Below, piece after piece: positions 28,560-43,308 of a DNA stretch of 64,000 nucleotides. The DNA comes from Octopus vulgaris (lineage: Eukaryota). The stretch is taken from assembly GCA_951406725.2 (NCBI GenBank), contig OX597833.1, positions 24,924,001 through 24,988,000 of the forward strand, read 5' to 3'. A program made the position numbers and the translations under genes. Numbering within the stretch: position 1 is the first letter of the stretch; the number at the start of each line of letters is the position of its first letter. Under the pieces are notes generated by a model. It searched no databases. It saw only the letters and a list, made by a program, of their open reading frames with translations, and had not been told where the DNA came from.

Positions 28560-29493
28560 AAAAATCATAATGGTAGCCATAATCATCATAAACATCATTA
28601 CAATACTGTGAACTATGAATACAGTAGGAATAAACAGCTACACCGTCATCTACTTCGTCACCACCTACTCTTCTAGCTCATCATTAGCAACACAAACATC
28701 ACCACATTTACTTCCAGCAGCAGCAGCAGCAGCAGCACCACCACCACCACCACCACCACCACCACCACCACCACCACCACCACCACAATTACACCTTGCA
28801 AAACCACCACAACCACAAAATACATCACCACCCCCATTCTTCTCCACCTCATCATCATTATCATCATCATCATCCGAGAAGATTAAGAAAGTTCACTATT
28901 GTATAGAAAATTAAATAACCTCATCAGGTCTAATAAAGCTATCAACGTAATTAAAATTGTTTGTGTTTATTAATTGAATCAACAATATCTTGAAATTCCA
29001 ATATATATACATAAATACACACACACACACGTTCTTATGCATATGTATATATTCAAGTTTATCCATCTATGTATGTATGAACAAATAATACATACATATA
29101 TATGTGTGTGTGTATGTGTGTGTCTGTGTATACACGTATGCATGTATGCAAATTAATGTATACAGATATCAATATTGATGACTAACTCTCCTGATTTCTC
29201 TAAATATTTATTGTTTGTTGAAATTAAAGTTCAATAACGATAGTATTGTTTCTGCTTCACTTGTATCGTATTTCAAATTTCTATTCTTACCATTTCTGTG
29301 TCGACGTACGAACGGGCGCTTTCACAAACATAATTCATCCCTCAGTCTATACGTTTCTGTATTTCTAATATACTTTCTAAAAATCTATTCAACCTTACAC
29401 CCTCTTTCACTGGAAATAAATATGTGTGTTTGTCTCTGTGTGTGTATAGATGTGTGTGCAAAGTCACACAAAAACATACAACACATACACACA

Positions 29494-29565
<72 letters not shown>

Positions 29566-29958
29566 CACACACACGGTTCTGTCGTCTGAAAAGACCAAGA
29601 AATATATGTTGACGCAGCTCAGAGTCCTGTGGAAAGAAGGGTGTTATGAGGCCCACGAATTGAAGCGAAAACATGGTAGGTATTACTTTGCCCTGTCGAG
29701 GTTGGGTGCAGGGGGTTCCCTGCCCAGTCCGATTGTAGGATGCATACTGCCATGGGTGGCTGTGCACAGGATGGGAGAGGCAGCTTGAAAAACCCCATGT
29801 TGGCTTTTGAGTAAGAGACAGGAGTTAAGCTGGTGTTCAGTTTCGAAACAGCCAGTGAACGTTGGATACTGTCTGATGACATCAGATCCTCCTAGCCAAA
29901 GATCCAATCCCTTTGGTGAGTGGAAAAAGCACCTCCTTATAGGTGTTATTAGCATAAA

Positions 29959-30040
<82 letters not shown>

Positions 30041-30699
30041 TCATAACCGCGAGATCATGATTTCAATTCCTTGATCGGGTGGTGCATTGTGTTCCTGAGC
30101 AAAACACTTAAAGCCACAGTGTTCTGCGATCACTTCGACACCTGACGAGTGGTACACAGTGTACCTGTTCAGACAGTATCTGAAATAGCGAAGGCTGAGT
30201 AATGAGCTTTTATTAAATGTGGAAAATCTTAAACTGTTACTCCAGAGTTTCACGCTACCTTTCGTCAACTGCCCGACGAACGGTGACGCAGAACTCTGAA
30301 TAACAGTTTGTAAAGACTTTTTCCTCTGTGTATGTGTGTGTGTGTGTTTATATGTGTGTGCGCATACAATCATAAATACATGTATGCGGTCTTGTCTTAG
30401 CTTCAAATCTCACGTATGAGTGTGTGTATGTGCGTGTACGTATGTCCGTGTGTCTGTATGTGTCTGTATGTGTACGTGTGCGTGTGTGTTGTGTATGCAT
30501 GTGAGTGTATAAATTTATATATTTTGCAATTATTGTACATCTCACCGTCGTTCACATCTCTGTCTTGATCTTTATTTCTCTTTCTCTCTCACTCTGGATC
30601 TCTTCAATAACCCGAGTATTTCTTTATTCATTGTCCCTTCTACAGAACACCCACTCACTCACAAACATGCATCCGTATATACAAACATGTATGTGTGTG

Positions 30700-30733
<34 letters not shown>

Positions 30734-30854
30734 GGTGCTTCAGCATGACTACAACCGCTTGGCTGAAACGAGTAAAAGTGTATACACACACGCACGTTAT
30801 ATTTACGTTATATTCATATAGGTGATAACGGAATTAGATTTTATAAAGATGTAA

Positions 30855-31820
30855 ATATTGGGCCCACTCTTCTTTATAATTTACATAAATGACCTTTCCA
30901 GCGTCGTAAATCACTGCTGATGACACTAAGCTCCAGCAAATCATCAATGAAGAAGACCGAACTCTGCTCCAGTCTGATCTATATGCTGTGGGTCAATGGG
31001 CAGACAAAAACAAAATGCAACTGAACGAGGGAAAATTTGAGTTGATGCATTTTGGAAGAAAGTCTATACGAAAACAGCCATACTCTCTTCCTTCAGGAGA
31101 ACCGCTCACAGCATCTAATAATATCAAAGACCTGGGTGTAATTGTAGATAACAATCTCAGTTGGAGTGCCCACATCAACAATAAGGTCGATATAGCTCGT
31201 AAGTTGAGCTCCAGGATCTTAAAAGCTTTCCGGTGTAGAGAACAAGGTGTCATCATTCCAATTTTCTCCTCCTTTGTACGGCCACACCTCGAATACTGCT
31301 ACCCCTTGTGGTCTCACCATACAAAACAAAACATCTCAAGGACTGAACCACCCCAGAGGGCACTCACTAAACGAATTGAAGGCATGACTAATCTCGATTA
31401 TTGGGACCGCTTTAAAGCCTTGAAACTCTACTCTACATTATTTGCACGATGTAGAGAATATACCACCAGCATTGCCCAAACGTCTTGAACATTGGTTTAA
31501 AGGTTCATCCAAGGCTGAGACCACGGAACATACGTCCCCTGCACAATTCAGGATCACAGCATATAGGTACACTGCGACATAATTTCTTTTCCTCAACAGG
31601 CCCTGCCCTGTTTAACATCGTCCCGAAAGAGATCGAAGAGGAAAAGGATCCCATCACCATTAAACGGAGTCGGGACAGATTTCTTCAAGGAATACCGGAT
31701 AAGCCACCCATACCTGGATACAACTCACGCAACAAGAACTCACTTCTTGAATGGACCATAAACAAAACTTGACTTAAGCAGGATTTAGATAATACTATCA
31801 GGTGGTGCTATTAAGTTAGC
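30855..31820 (+). mobile_element. CR1-type LINE 3' fragment
   Basis: LGPLFFIIYINDL, ADDTKL, WADKNKMQLNEGKF, IKDLGVIVDNNLSWSAHI, FVRPHLEYC.PLW, QRALTKRI. Confidence 0.9.
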
Positions 31821-32127
31821 AGATATATATATGTGTGTATGTGTGTACGTATGTGTGTATAGATATGAATGTGTGTATGCTCCATTCACAGACACTCCCT
31901 CTCTCTCTCACTCGCTCATACACACACATACATAGCTATTGTGAAGCAAACAGGAAACCTAGAACTGAAAATATGAGTAAATATATATTTTATTAATATT
32001 TAGTAGAGACAACTAAGTGAATCAAGTTCCAAGATTCTGGTGTCTGATAAGTGCTAACACACGAAATTCTCATCACTTGAGTCCCTCTGTTGCTTCTGCT
32101 AAATATGGATATATATATACATACACA

Positions 32128-32168
<41 letters not shown>

Positions 32169-32438
32169 ACATATATATATAACATTTATATGGTAGCATA
32201 AATATACTGATTCGTATACAATGTATACCCAAAAGTCCGTTTCGCAATTCCAAGGCACGGAATTCGATCTCACTGCATGGAATCTTCGGCAAACCATACT
32301 ACTAGCCACAGCCTCCCAAGCCTTTCAAGTGAAATAGTGTTGATAGAAACTGCGTGGATTGCCGTTCTCTCTCTCTCTCTATCTATCTATCTGTCTGCCT
32401 GTGTGTTTATGTATGTGTCTATCCATGTGCCCTTCTCT

Positions 32439-32481
<43 letters not shown>

Positions 32482-32485
<4 letters not shown>

Positions 32486-32645
32486 CGCAGAAGTGGGTGT
32501 GTGGTAACTAGCTTGCTTACCAACCACATTGTCCCCGGTTCAGTCCCACTGCGTGGTACCTTGAGCAAGTGTCTTTTACTATAGCCTCGGGTCGATCAAA
32601 GCCTTGTGAGTGGATTTGGTAGAAGGAAACTGAAAGAAGCCCAAC

Positions 32646-32725
<80 letters not shown>

Positions 32726-32906
32726 CCCCATTACCGCTTGACAACCGATGTTGGTGTGTTTACGTCCCCTTAACTAGCGGTTCGGCGAAAGGGACCAATA
32801 CAATAAGTACTAGGCGTACAAAGAATAAGTCCTGGGGTCAATTTGTTCGTCCAAAGATGGTGCTCCAGCGTGGCCGCAGTCAAATGACTGAAACGAATAA
32901 AAGAAT
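32482..32906 (+). mobile_element. SINE family M, full length
   Basis: AGGCGCAG...GGTTCAGTCCC, CCTTGAGCAAGTGTCTT, internal (TA)n(TG)n, tail to GACTGAAACGAATAAAAG. Confidence 0.85.
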
Positions 32907-32922
32907 ATAGACATATATTTAT

Positions 32923-32976
<54 letters not shown>

Positions 32977-33569
32977 TTGTGCGCGTGAGTATGGAAACTT
33001 TTAAATTGAATTTTACCTCTAATTGAGATGTCTAGGCTTGTCACATAATGTGTCACGCTGATTCGGCCTCAGGATTAACGAAGGGGAAACATGTTTGCGG
33101 AATGCTCAGCCATTTAAAACCGAGTTCAAAATCGAATTCCATACACATCGTGGAAGGCGCCAGAAATCTTTTAAACATACATGTGTGTATTTGTGCGTAG
33201 GTTTCTCTGTCTTTGTCTGTGCGACCGTGTGTATGTGCATTTGTGAGTGAGTGATATGTTTGTATGCAATGTCTCACATATTGATACACCTCATAATCAA
33301 AAATCAATCGTTGTAATATTAATTTCATAAAACGTGTTTCAGTTCACCCTAATACAATTCCTCGCTTTGTCTATAATAAAATATTAATTAATTACTAAAT
33401 TAATTAATTCATTCATTAGAATAATTAATTAAATATTAATACAATATAGAGAAATAATAAAAGAAAAGCTATGGACTAGATTAATATCAATTATTCTGTT
33501 TCCTCCAACAACTACCACTGTACCTCTTGCTACTTCATCTATTATAGTTATTCATACAACTACACTTTG

Positions 33570-33590
33570 AACAGAACAACAACAACAACA

Positions 33591-33621
<31 letters not shown>

Positions 33622-33629
33622 TTACTACA

Positions 33630-33710
<81 letters not shown>

Positions 33711-33960
33711 GCTACTAATGCTGCTGCTACTGCTACTGCTTCTGCTGTTATTGTTGTTACTGCCGTTACAGCTTGAAACTTATAACTTAAAGGAACGTAA
33801 TAAAATATTGAAAGATATTTCTCGTCATATATAACGATAATAACCACCACCACCACTACCAACAACAACAACAACAACAATAACAACAACAGAAACAACA
33901 ACAACCACAGCAGCAGCAACAACAACAACAACAACAAAAGCAACAACAAAAGCAGCAGCA
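33570..33960. repeat. Trinucleotide microsatellites (CAA, TAC, TGC)
   Basis: Direct inspection; similar tracts at 20800-21260, 28715-28790, 43185-43305, 49590-49835. Confidence 0.9.
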
Positions 33961-33964
33961 AGCA

Positions 33965-34800
33965 TATGGACATAGGGACAAAGAATTAATCACATAATCT
34001 CTGGTTGCCCAATAACACCCACAGACATGACAGAGTTGGAACTTACACACGCTGGACTTTATCTCGCCATTATGAAATGCTAACTCGAAAAAGATGGTTT
34101 TGGCATACATCGGAAAATGCCTCCTGGTATACGAAACAACCATACTCTGATATATACTAATATACACACAGGCAGATCAGGACTAACCGAACGGCTATTG
34201 CGCTGGAAGATCATAAGGAAAAGATATGCCTCCTATGAAACAGATGGAGAAATTACTCAAATGTAAAGATCTGGACATAATATGAAGCCTGATAGTGAGG
34301 GCGCGTGGCTTAGTGGTTAGGGCATTCGGCTCATGATCGTAAGGTTGTGAGTTCGATTCCCGGCGACGCGTTGTGTCCTTGAGCAAGACACTTTATTTCA
34401 CGTTGCTCCAGTCCACTCAGCTGGCAAAAATGAGTTGTACTTGTATTTCAAAGGGTCAGCCTTGTCACTCTCTGTGTCACACTGATTATCCCCGAGAACT
34501 ACGTTAAGGGTACACGTGTCTGTGGAATGCTCAGCCATTTGCACGTTAATTTCACGAGCAAGCAGTTCCGTTGATCGTATCAGCTGGGACCCTCGTCGTC
34601 GTAACCGGCGGAGTCTTTTAAAAAAAAAAAAAAAAAATATGAAGCCTGACAACAGAAATAAACCTTATAATAATAAATGCTTTGAAAATGATCAACACAT
34701 GAAGATAAATAGATCACGACAACCCAAGGACATAAATATGCGTAACATGCAGAAAATAGAACTGCTAGATACGGCACACATACTATGAAAGGTGCAGGCA
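33965..34800 (+). mobile_element. R4/Dong-like (RLE) LINE 3' remnant interrupted by a SINE
   Basis: Frameshifted ISGCP..RHDRVGTY, IRTNR..IALEDHKE, K.KDL, and terminal MQKIELLDTAHIL. Confidence 0.65.
34295..34635 (+). mobile_element. tRNA-derived SINE, head B + tail Y, poly(A), 14-bp TSD
   Basis: GTGGCTTAGTGG and GAGTTCGATTCCC boxes; TSD AATATGAAGCCTGA at 34279-34292 and 34636-34649. Confidence 0.9.
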
Positions 34801-34967
34801 ATACAATAAACATAAAACCAAAGGAAACATTGTTTATATATATATATATCGCTTGTAATGCAGTTAAATCATTGCAATCAGGCAATGGCTCTCATGGCTT
34901 CTGATCTTAACTGATTGGAAGTGTTATCATGTACATGTTTCGTCTTGGTATAAAAGATGGGCTACAG

Positions 34968-35165
34968 CAGTGGTTCCCAAGCTATGAGTCGTGGCCCACA
35001 GATGGGTCGTGAACGGAATCTTAGTGGGTCGCAAAAAGTTATAAAATTACGCATTAGCTTTGATTAACTGCTGTCTATCGAGATGGTTCAGGGCTTATAA
35101 GTGGGTCATCATAATCTGGTGTGATAAACAGTGGGTTGCGACTCTAAAAAGTTTGGGAACCACTG
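34968..35165. mobile_element. hAT (Charlie-like) MITE
   Basis: 13-bp TIRs CAGTGGTTCCCAA/TTGGGAACCACTG; 8-bp TSD GGCTACAG/AGCTACAG. Confidence 0.9.
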
Positions 35166-36900
35166 AGCTACAGCAAATATTCTGCTCAATGCCACAGATT
35201 TGTTTGTCAGTTACTTGACCATAACCAGTCGAGTGTGTCTCTTGGTGGCTGACGATGTCTACACCTATGGTCACGTGGAGTAGTAGTTGGAGAGCATCAT
35301 AGCCATGTGTTGAGAGGAATTCCTTGGGGTTTGAATAATTTACCTCTGGAAACATGGGTGTTTCGTTCAACATCCTTAAACAACCCTTATCCTGAAACCT
35401 TTTGAGCAGGATGGGTTATTCGACTTGAAGAAAATTCTAACAAGTTTCCACCTGCAAGGTAATGCGCTGTTTACCTTGTTATGTGATCACTATGTCGCGC
35501 ACATATGGTTCTGATGCATGTGCTTGGTGCACCGTTATCAGACGGTTATCATGATGGGTGTATTGGGCTTCATATGTTTGTACTCCAGTGTCACTTTGGT
35601 GCAAGCATTGCTCTCTCACTCAATAATAACAATAAAGCAATATTACTAATCAATAATGTCTTAAACGAAGATTGAAAGAAGAGAATATGTGTCTGAGATA
35701 GGTATACAACCACCACCAGAAGGGCTTTGCCATACTTCCTCAGTTGTGGATCTTTGTAACTTTAACTATGAGTAAAGTATCGCAGCTAATATAAATACAT
35801 GAAGCGTATTTTGGGAAAATTGCAAACAATTTTGCAGTTATTGTCAAATGAAGTTTATCTTTAAGACTAAATCCATCTCCATTCTAGGAAGAATATTCCA
35901 AGGGTGGGGTCACTTTTCTTTCTGGTGCGACATATTAAAGAGGACTGCATTCAGGTGCAAACATTACGTTAAGGCAACCAAGCGTCTTTGGTAAATGGAC
36001 TTCCACTAGTTGTACGTTAGAACAATATTGGAGACTAGTATATAGTTTTACTAAACAAATGTAAATGAAATTCAGATCGTGTCTAGGCAAACTTAAGGCG
36101 ATGAAAATTAATCAAAAGTATTATCATGCAAGATAAAATCATTCAACTATTAGAATATCAACAAACACGAGATATAAATACTTAAAAGTACAATCACAGA
36201 ACTTATTCAAATGCAAGAAATGCTTAGGAAGCAACGCTATAAAAGTATTAAGTTAATACTTGAATAAGAACTAAACGAAAACGTAAGGTAACGTTCAGCA
36301 ATAATCTAGATGTCTAGATGTCCCAGTAATTACATATTGGTATAATGTTCGTAGTCGGAAGTAGCTAAACAAAATGGGAGAAAAGCGAGGAAAATACTGA
36401 CCGAATCTAAAGTACACCATTCAATATCTAACCTAGAAATATTTACCACAAAACATATTTATCACAAAACGAGGAGATAGGGATCCTATACAACGAGAAA
36501 TCTAAGAAGTACAACACTACCATGTGAATAATAATGGAAAAGTAATAGATGTATTATAACTAGGAAACATGAACAAAATAAAACAAAAGTAGGCTTACTT
36601 TCTTCAGAAATGAGAGATTGTTGTAAAGAAAGAGGAGGCATCAACAGAAACTATAAAGAGAAAATGTGAAATAAAATTGGGGAGAAAATACTAATATAAA
36701 ACGATGGCATGAAAGGACCAACATTTCAAATACCTGAAAATGTAAACTGGTTGAACTGGAGATAGAAAATTCACAAGACTGACTGAATGATTTTAGATTA
36801 TTGTCTAGTATCAAAGCTGCCCCGAAAGCCATGAAAAGCCTGTAGTGTATCAGAAATACAGTAACTGAGTGCAGAATGTTTGGAGATGGCTAAGAAGAAA

Positions 36901-38152
36901 TAGGATCATCCCATGAATAATGCGGCTTTTTCAATTGCATGAACTACAAGTCGGAGGGGAACGGGATAAACTACCTCCATCAACTTGCTATACAAGCAGG
37001 TAGTAATTCTGCCTTGCCTTATTCTTAGCGCAAGTTTTGAAGAGTGCAGTTCGATTTTAACAGTTATTTTTTCAAAGCTATAGTGGAGGTGACAAAGGAG
37101 CATATTCGGCATATTTTGCTTTATGAGCTCAATAAAAGCAACAGCGCAAAGGAAAGTGCGAGGAATATTAATGCACTATATGGGGACTGGGACAATAAGT
37201 GTAAGCTAATGTCAACGGTGGTTCCAGAAATTCTGAGCTGGAAATTACAGCTTAGAAGACGAACCCCGTCCTGGAAAATCTGTAGGGCTCGACGAGGACG
37301 TCCTGCAAATACTGGTGGAACAAAATCACATCGTAGCTGTTAAGGGACTTGCAGAGAAGCTTAGATTTGGTCATTCAACCATTCATCCACACATGCGTGC
37401 CATCGAAAAAGTCAGTGAATTGGGTCAATGGGTCCCTCACAAACTTCCCGAACCTAATCGCGCGCAGAGAGTGAATATGTGCTCTTTTATGCAGCTACAT
37501 CTCATGAATGAACCTTTTTTGGTCCGAATAGTGACTGGTGACGAGAAAAGGGTTTTCTATAATGATGTCAAGGACCGAAGACCGTGAGTAAGGAAAGGAG
37601 AAACACCGACATCCCAGGCTAAAGAGCGACCTTCACCCACATAAGTTGTTATCTCTTTGGTGGAATATAAAAGGTTTAGTCCACTTTGAACTTTTTAACC
37701 AAAACCAAACGAAAGATAGCAAAGGAGATATACTGCGAGCGAGAAGTTTGAGCGTCTTAAGTCAGGGTTAGAAGAAAAACGACCATTTTTGGTTTCAAGA
37801 CGACAGCGAGGATGACATTCCAAAGGCTGGAACAGTTTGAATGGTAAACGATGCCCACCCACTATATTCACTAGACATTGCCCCCTCTGATTATCATTTA
37901 TTCTGCAGTCTTCAAAATCATTTGAACGGGAAAAATATGAATTCTGTAGACGAGGTCAGAAGAATACGAGAGGAGTATTTTTCGTCATGGACAAGTGAAT
38001 TTTAGGGGCCTTGCAAGTCTACCAGATAGATGGAAGAACAATGTAAAAAAATGAAGGCGAGTATATTTTAGATTAAAAATGAACTTTCTTTATCTTAATT
38101 TTGAAAAACAAAAGAAGTATAAAAAAACCGCATTATTTATGGGATGACCCAA
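36901..38152 (+). mobile_element. Mariner transposon, near full length, inactive transposase
   Basis: ~30-bp TIRs; VTKEHIRHILLYELNK..ARNINALYG, WVPHKL, IVTGDEK, YSLDIAPSDYHLF; frameshifts, and the HDNARPH region appears deleted. Confidence 0.92.
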
Positions 38153-38154
38153 TA

Positions 38155-38640
38155 CAATGTTTTTGTTGCCTAGTCATGCCTGGCATGACAAATTTTGTGC
38201 TTACATACTGCCAGCATTATGAAAAACCAACTGAAGACAGATTGGTATAGGCACACACCGGAAATGATCTCTGTGAATGTCAAAGCGACCGTACTCTGAG
38301 ATACAGAGAAATCATCAAAATTAGTCGAGCGATTATTGTTATCAAATGCCAGAGGACAGAAATTGCCTCTTAATCTAAGTACCACTCACAACGTATTGTA
38401 TATCCCTTTCTAAAAAATTTGGAAATTATCCGAATAAAACACCTAGAAAAAGAGATAATTCGAATACGGTGGATACAAACAGAAACAATCCCTATAATCA
38501 TAATTGAGAATGACAAACAATGCACTTAAATACTTAACCATAGCTTCGAAAATATACATAATATACAGAAAATAATGCTACTAGAAACTGCGTATGTATT
38601 ACATAACGTTTTTCCAATACAAAGGAACAACCAAACTGTG
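38155..38640 (+). mobile_element. R4/Dong-like LINE remnant, probably continuing 35650-36900 and split by the mariner
   Basis: RHDKFCAYI, WYRHTPEMISVNVKATVL*D, IQKIMLLETAYVLHNVF. Confidence 0.65.
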
Positions 38641-39299
38641 TCCGGGTTCTGATGCAAAATATAAAAAAATTAAAAATTAAACAAACAACAGATTATGAAT
38701 CGTTGATAATATTCAAAGCAAAAAGATAAAATGGATGTTATTACAATCACCTCCAGTTGAGTCACAATAGTATCAGCGGATATATGACTACAACAACCAT
38801 TGAGATGAGTCATAAGCAACCGACTCTAATTCGTGTCATTAAAAACACTTTTGGATAGAAGAAAGAAAGCGGATTCTGCCACTCGAACCCACACCTCCTA
38901 TAGATATGACAGGCGTTCTTACCCAATATTTACACACTATTATTTGTAACTTAATGTACTTCATAATCCAGTTCTAAAAATGGATGAAACATACACGCAT
39001 ACATACATACATACATACATACATACATACATACATACATACATACATGCATATATGCATACATACATACATACATACATACATACATACATACATACAT
39101 ACATGCATATATGCATGAATACATACAAACACAGTCTCTCTCTCACGCACACACAAAAACATATACGTATATCGATCTACATATAGATATATATACAGAT
39201 ATACATATAAAACCTCCTATTTTATTATGCCGTGTAATAAAAAAGGAGCTTTTATATGCGTATTCAAAGACGTACCCCATGAGCTTGAAGGACACATAC

Positions 39300-39349
<50 letters not shown>

Positions 39350-40532
39350 TTATATATATGTATATATATATACATGTATATACACACACGTATGTATATA
39401 TATATATATATATACGTGTGTGTATGTGTGCGAGAGAGAGAGAGAGAGGAGAGAGAGATGGAGTGAGATTAAAAAGAGAGAGAGGGAGAGAGAAAGAGAG
39501 ACAGACAGACAGACAGAGAGCGTCTTTGTATTTGTTAAGGTGTATACTTGTATGGTTATATGCGTCTGTGTATTCGCTCCTCGTTGCTCTAAGTTCAAAT
39601 CCCACCGGGGTCAAAATCCCGGTCTACAAAAACAAAAAATGCATCAATCTAGTGTTGCGAATCGGCACAGCTGCTAAAGCTTCAGAAACGATGCTTTGCA
39701 ATATCTTATCCGGCTGCATCAATGGCATCCCGATATGTCAGCCTTTTGAGTTACTGTTAAATATCACTGGTTGAAGGGTGGCTTAACAAGAAAAATTGAA
39801 TGCAAAAACAAAGGGATCACCGCACTCCTTTAGCTGTTGTAAGCCCAGTAAATGACAGTTAATCTGGTCATTCTGTTCGTTTCTCTGTATTTGTCATCGG
39901 CTTACGTCGGCTGAAAAAAGGTGGTGATCATGGTGTCATTGAGACGGAAAGTTAAAGTCCTGTACGTGAGTCTCGGTAACTTTACCATTCAATTAATACA
40001 GTCCTAAATAAATATGCATGTGAATGTGGCAGTGTCTAAGGAGTGTAGCAGTGGTGGTGAAGGTGAAAAAAGCATTTTTATACCCCTTAATCCCATTCAC
40101 ATAAGATGATTTCAGTGTATTCCTCTATGCGTTTTATTAAACACAACTACAATCAGATTTTCAACGATATTCAGGTCTCCTTCCTTTATCATCACATGCA
40201 GTTTGTCTAAAGTGTGGGTGAATTCATGTACATTCTCTTCGCTCATCCGCTATGATACTGCTTTCGTCGCCATAAAAGTCATTAATGGCTAATTGTTCTT
40301 CGGGTAATGTTTTTATTTATATGATAAATTCCACTTCATTTTAACTCCTGTCTTAAAACTTACAGAAGATTTGAAGTGAAATGTCTAAGTGTTCGCTATA
40401 TTTACATATTGTAACACGCCGAAATAAACTCATCCCCAAACAACCGTTTGGTCGATCGTACCTTCAAATCGCTACTTCTGAGGACGCGAATGGAATATAA
40501 GGTTATAATTACATATCTCCATATAGTTTATG

Positions 40533-40842
40533 GATTCCATGAACAGCGGGGCTCACCAATGGAGAAATCCGGATCAAGCCGGAATTGTCGCTAGAAGCTA
40601 GGATCACCAAGCATAGATTGACATATTTTGGTCATATTATGCGGAGAAAATCCCTGGAGAAAGACATCATGCTTGGAATGGTCAGTGGCAAGAGAGGAAG
40701 AGGCCGACCAAGAACCCGCTGACTTGACACCATCAAGAGTGACACGGGAATGGACAATCTGAAAGAAGCGACCCAGGATAGAACTGGGTGGAGGACACTG
40801 ATCCATCGAGTAACCGAGAGGCGACTTCGACTGAGCGGATAG
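40533..40842 (+). mobile_element. RTE/BovB-like LINE 3' end
   Basis: SLEARITKHRLTYFGHIMRRKSLEKDIMLGMVSGKRGRGRPRTR*LDTIK..DRTGWRTLIHRV. Confidence 0.88.
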
Positions 40843-41137
40843 ATAGAGAGACATAATGTTGTATGGATTGCATAAAATTGTATGGAATAAAAATATAGTC
40901 CGTTTATGGGAACAATTTTAATGTCAGTTTGATTTCTCCTTTCCACATTTAAAATATTTTGCTAACTCTGGGGGCTTATATTAAGCCTACTGGATTTTAC
41001 CTTGGAGTAGTGTTTTAGTCCTGCCTTTCATATCAATCAAAGTATTACAGATCTCCTTTAATTTTGGAATACTACGTTAGCCAGATCCTGCAGGATGTGC
41101 ATATGAGGCTAGAGTGAGGATTATAGTTATACCCTTC

Positions 41138-41253
<116 letters not shown>

Positions 41254-41383
41254 GTACATAAACAAATGGAACCGACGTTACACGTTTTACAGTTTTGTGG
41301 GTAGAACTATTGAAAGTCTGTGAAGTGATCTCGTGACCACGTGTCTCCTGCGCAGAGTCCAGGTTCTACTGCTGTTGCTGCAG

Positions 41384-41427
<44 letters not shown>

Positions 41428-41486
41428 GAAAAATAAGATATATGTGAATGGGTAGTCTGTCAGCTGTTGCACCGTTTAGATCTTAC

Positions 41487-41538
41487 CGATTCGGACATCC
41501 GCCAGCCGCCATTTTAGCAATCAATTAATAGCGGTTAT
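41487..41538 (-). other. Candidate host exon containing a start codon (MAAGGCPN...)
   Basis: Minus strand: TTTCCTTTCAG acceptor, AAAATGGCG start context (ATG 41512-41510), CG|GTAAGA donor. No homology support. Confidence 0.4.
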
Positions 41539-42059
41539 CTGAAAGGAAACAGAGGAATTGAAAAAATAAAATAAAATAAAAAATACATGAAAAAAAATCT
41601 GTGAAAACAAATGTAAACTAACAACACAAAATCCATAAATGAATAAATGAATTAATGAATGAGCGAATGAGTGAATGAAGAACTTAAAAGAAAAAAATGT
41701 TTTGTCTGTGATTGTATATATTAATATGGCAGCGTGTATGGATTTTGGAGATGGTGAAACAAGAAGTATTCTTTTATCCCCATTGATGCCGTTCACGTAC
41801 GATTATTGCGGTGTACACATCAATGCGCTTTACTAAGCAGATTGCTCAATTCTCATATTCTCTTTCTGTCTCTCTTTCCTTTAACTTTTTCTGTCTTTAT
41901 GCCAGTCATTCGTTCTGTTTTACTTCTCGTCCTCTTCGCACCTCTTCCACATATTATTCATTCTTACCTCCTTCCTTTGTTCCCTTTTTTCTTTCCTTCT
42001 TTCATTTTCTCACTCGTTCCATTTGTTTTCGCCATTCTTCAATTCTCGTCGTTGGCTTC

Positions 42060-42254
42060 TTCTCTTGTGGCTTTTCTTTCTTTCTATCTATCTTTCTATT
42101 TTTCTTTCTTTCTTCCTTTCTTTATTTCTTTGTTCTTTCTTTCTTTCTTTCTTTGTTCTTTCTTTCTATTTTTCTTTCTTCTTCCTTCCTTCCTTTCTTC
42201 TTTCTCTTTCCTTCCTTCCTTTCTTTCTTTCTTTCTTCCTTCCGTCCTTCCTTC

Positions 42255-42288
<34 letters not shown>

Positions 42289-42365
42289 CACATCCATTCA
42301 TTCTTTCTTGTTCTGTTTCGTTTGGTATATTATCCTATTCGTTTCTTTTCTTTCTTCTTTCTTGC
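42060..42365. repeat. (TTTC)n/(TTCC)n polypyrimidine tract
   Basis: Direct inspection. Confidence 0.9.
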
Positions 42366-42723
42366 TAAACGAAATTAATTCAGAGACACTCTAGTCAATA
42401 ACAGCGATAGGTATATAGTTAGATTAGGATAAACGAAAGCACGCGCGCACACGAGAGAGAGAGAGAAAGAGAGAAAGAGAGAGAGAGAGTGAGAGAGAGA
42501 GGGGGGGAAGAGAGATGAAGAAAAAAGCAATCAAGAAAGAGTGAGAAAAACGTACACAGAAAACATATAAGAGCATGCTCACAAACTTATATTGACAACC
42601 TTAGCTACGTGCATGTACAATTCATCACATACACACACACATAAAAACATCCTCCCCTCTCGCCCAGCCGTCATATCTTGCTTACATTAAACATCTTAAT
42701 AGTTTGCTCTCTTTCTCCCTCCG

Positions 42724-42757
<34 letters not shown>

Positions 42758-43256
42758 TCTCTCCTTGTCTTGCTCTTTTTCTCACTTTCGCGCACGCAGT
42801 GAATAGAACACATCTAAAGGACACAAACACAGAACACACAATCGCTTATACTCAGTGTACGCTTAGCATATATACACATCCATCATAATTTATACACAGC
42901 GCGTGCGCACACACACTCATGCACATGTACACACACATACGCACATATGCACAAACTCACACATACACACACTCAGTTCTCTTACATACACAAACGTTTA
43001 CACAAACATAGCCTGCAGAGGCATACGGAGCTCATTCACATATACATATACACACAAGCTTAGAGGAAGAAGAAGAAGAGACTGGAGTGTGTGGGAGGGG
43101 GTGCGAACTGTAGAAAAGGTTGATGAGGGTTTTGAACCAGAAACAAATGGAGTTGACCATAAGTAGGATAACAAAAGAACGACAATGATGATGATGATGG
43201 TGATGAGGATGGTGATAATAATAATAATAATAATAATGATAATAATAATAATAATG

Positions 43257-43308
<52 letters not shown>

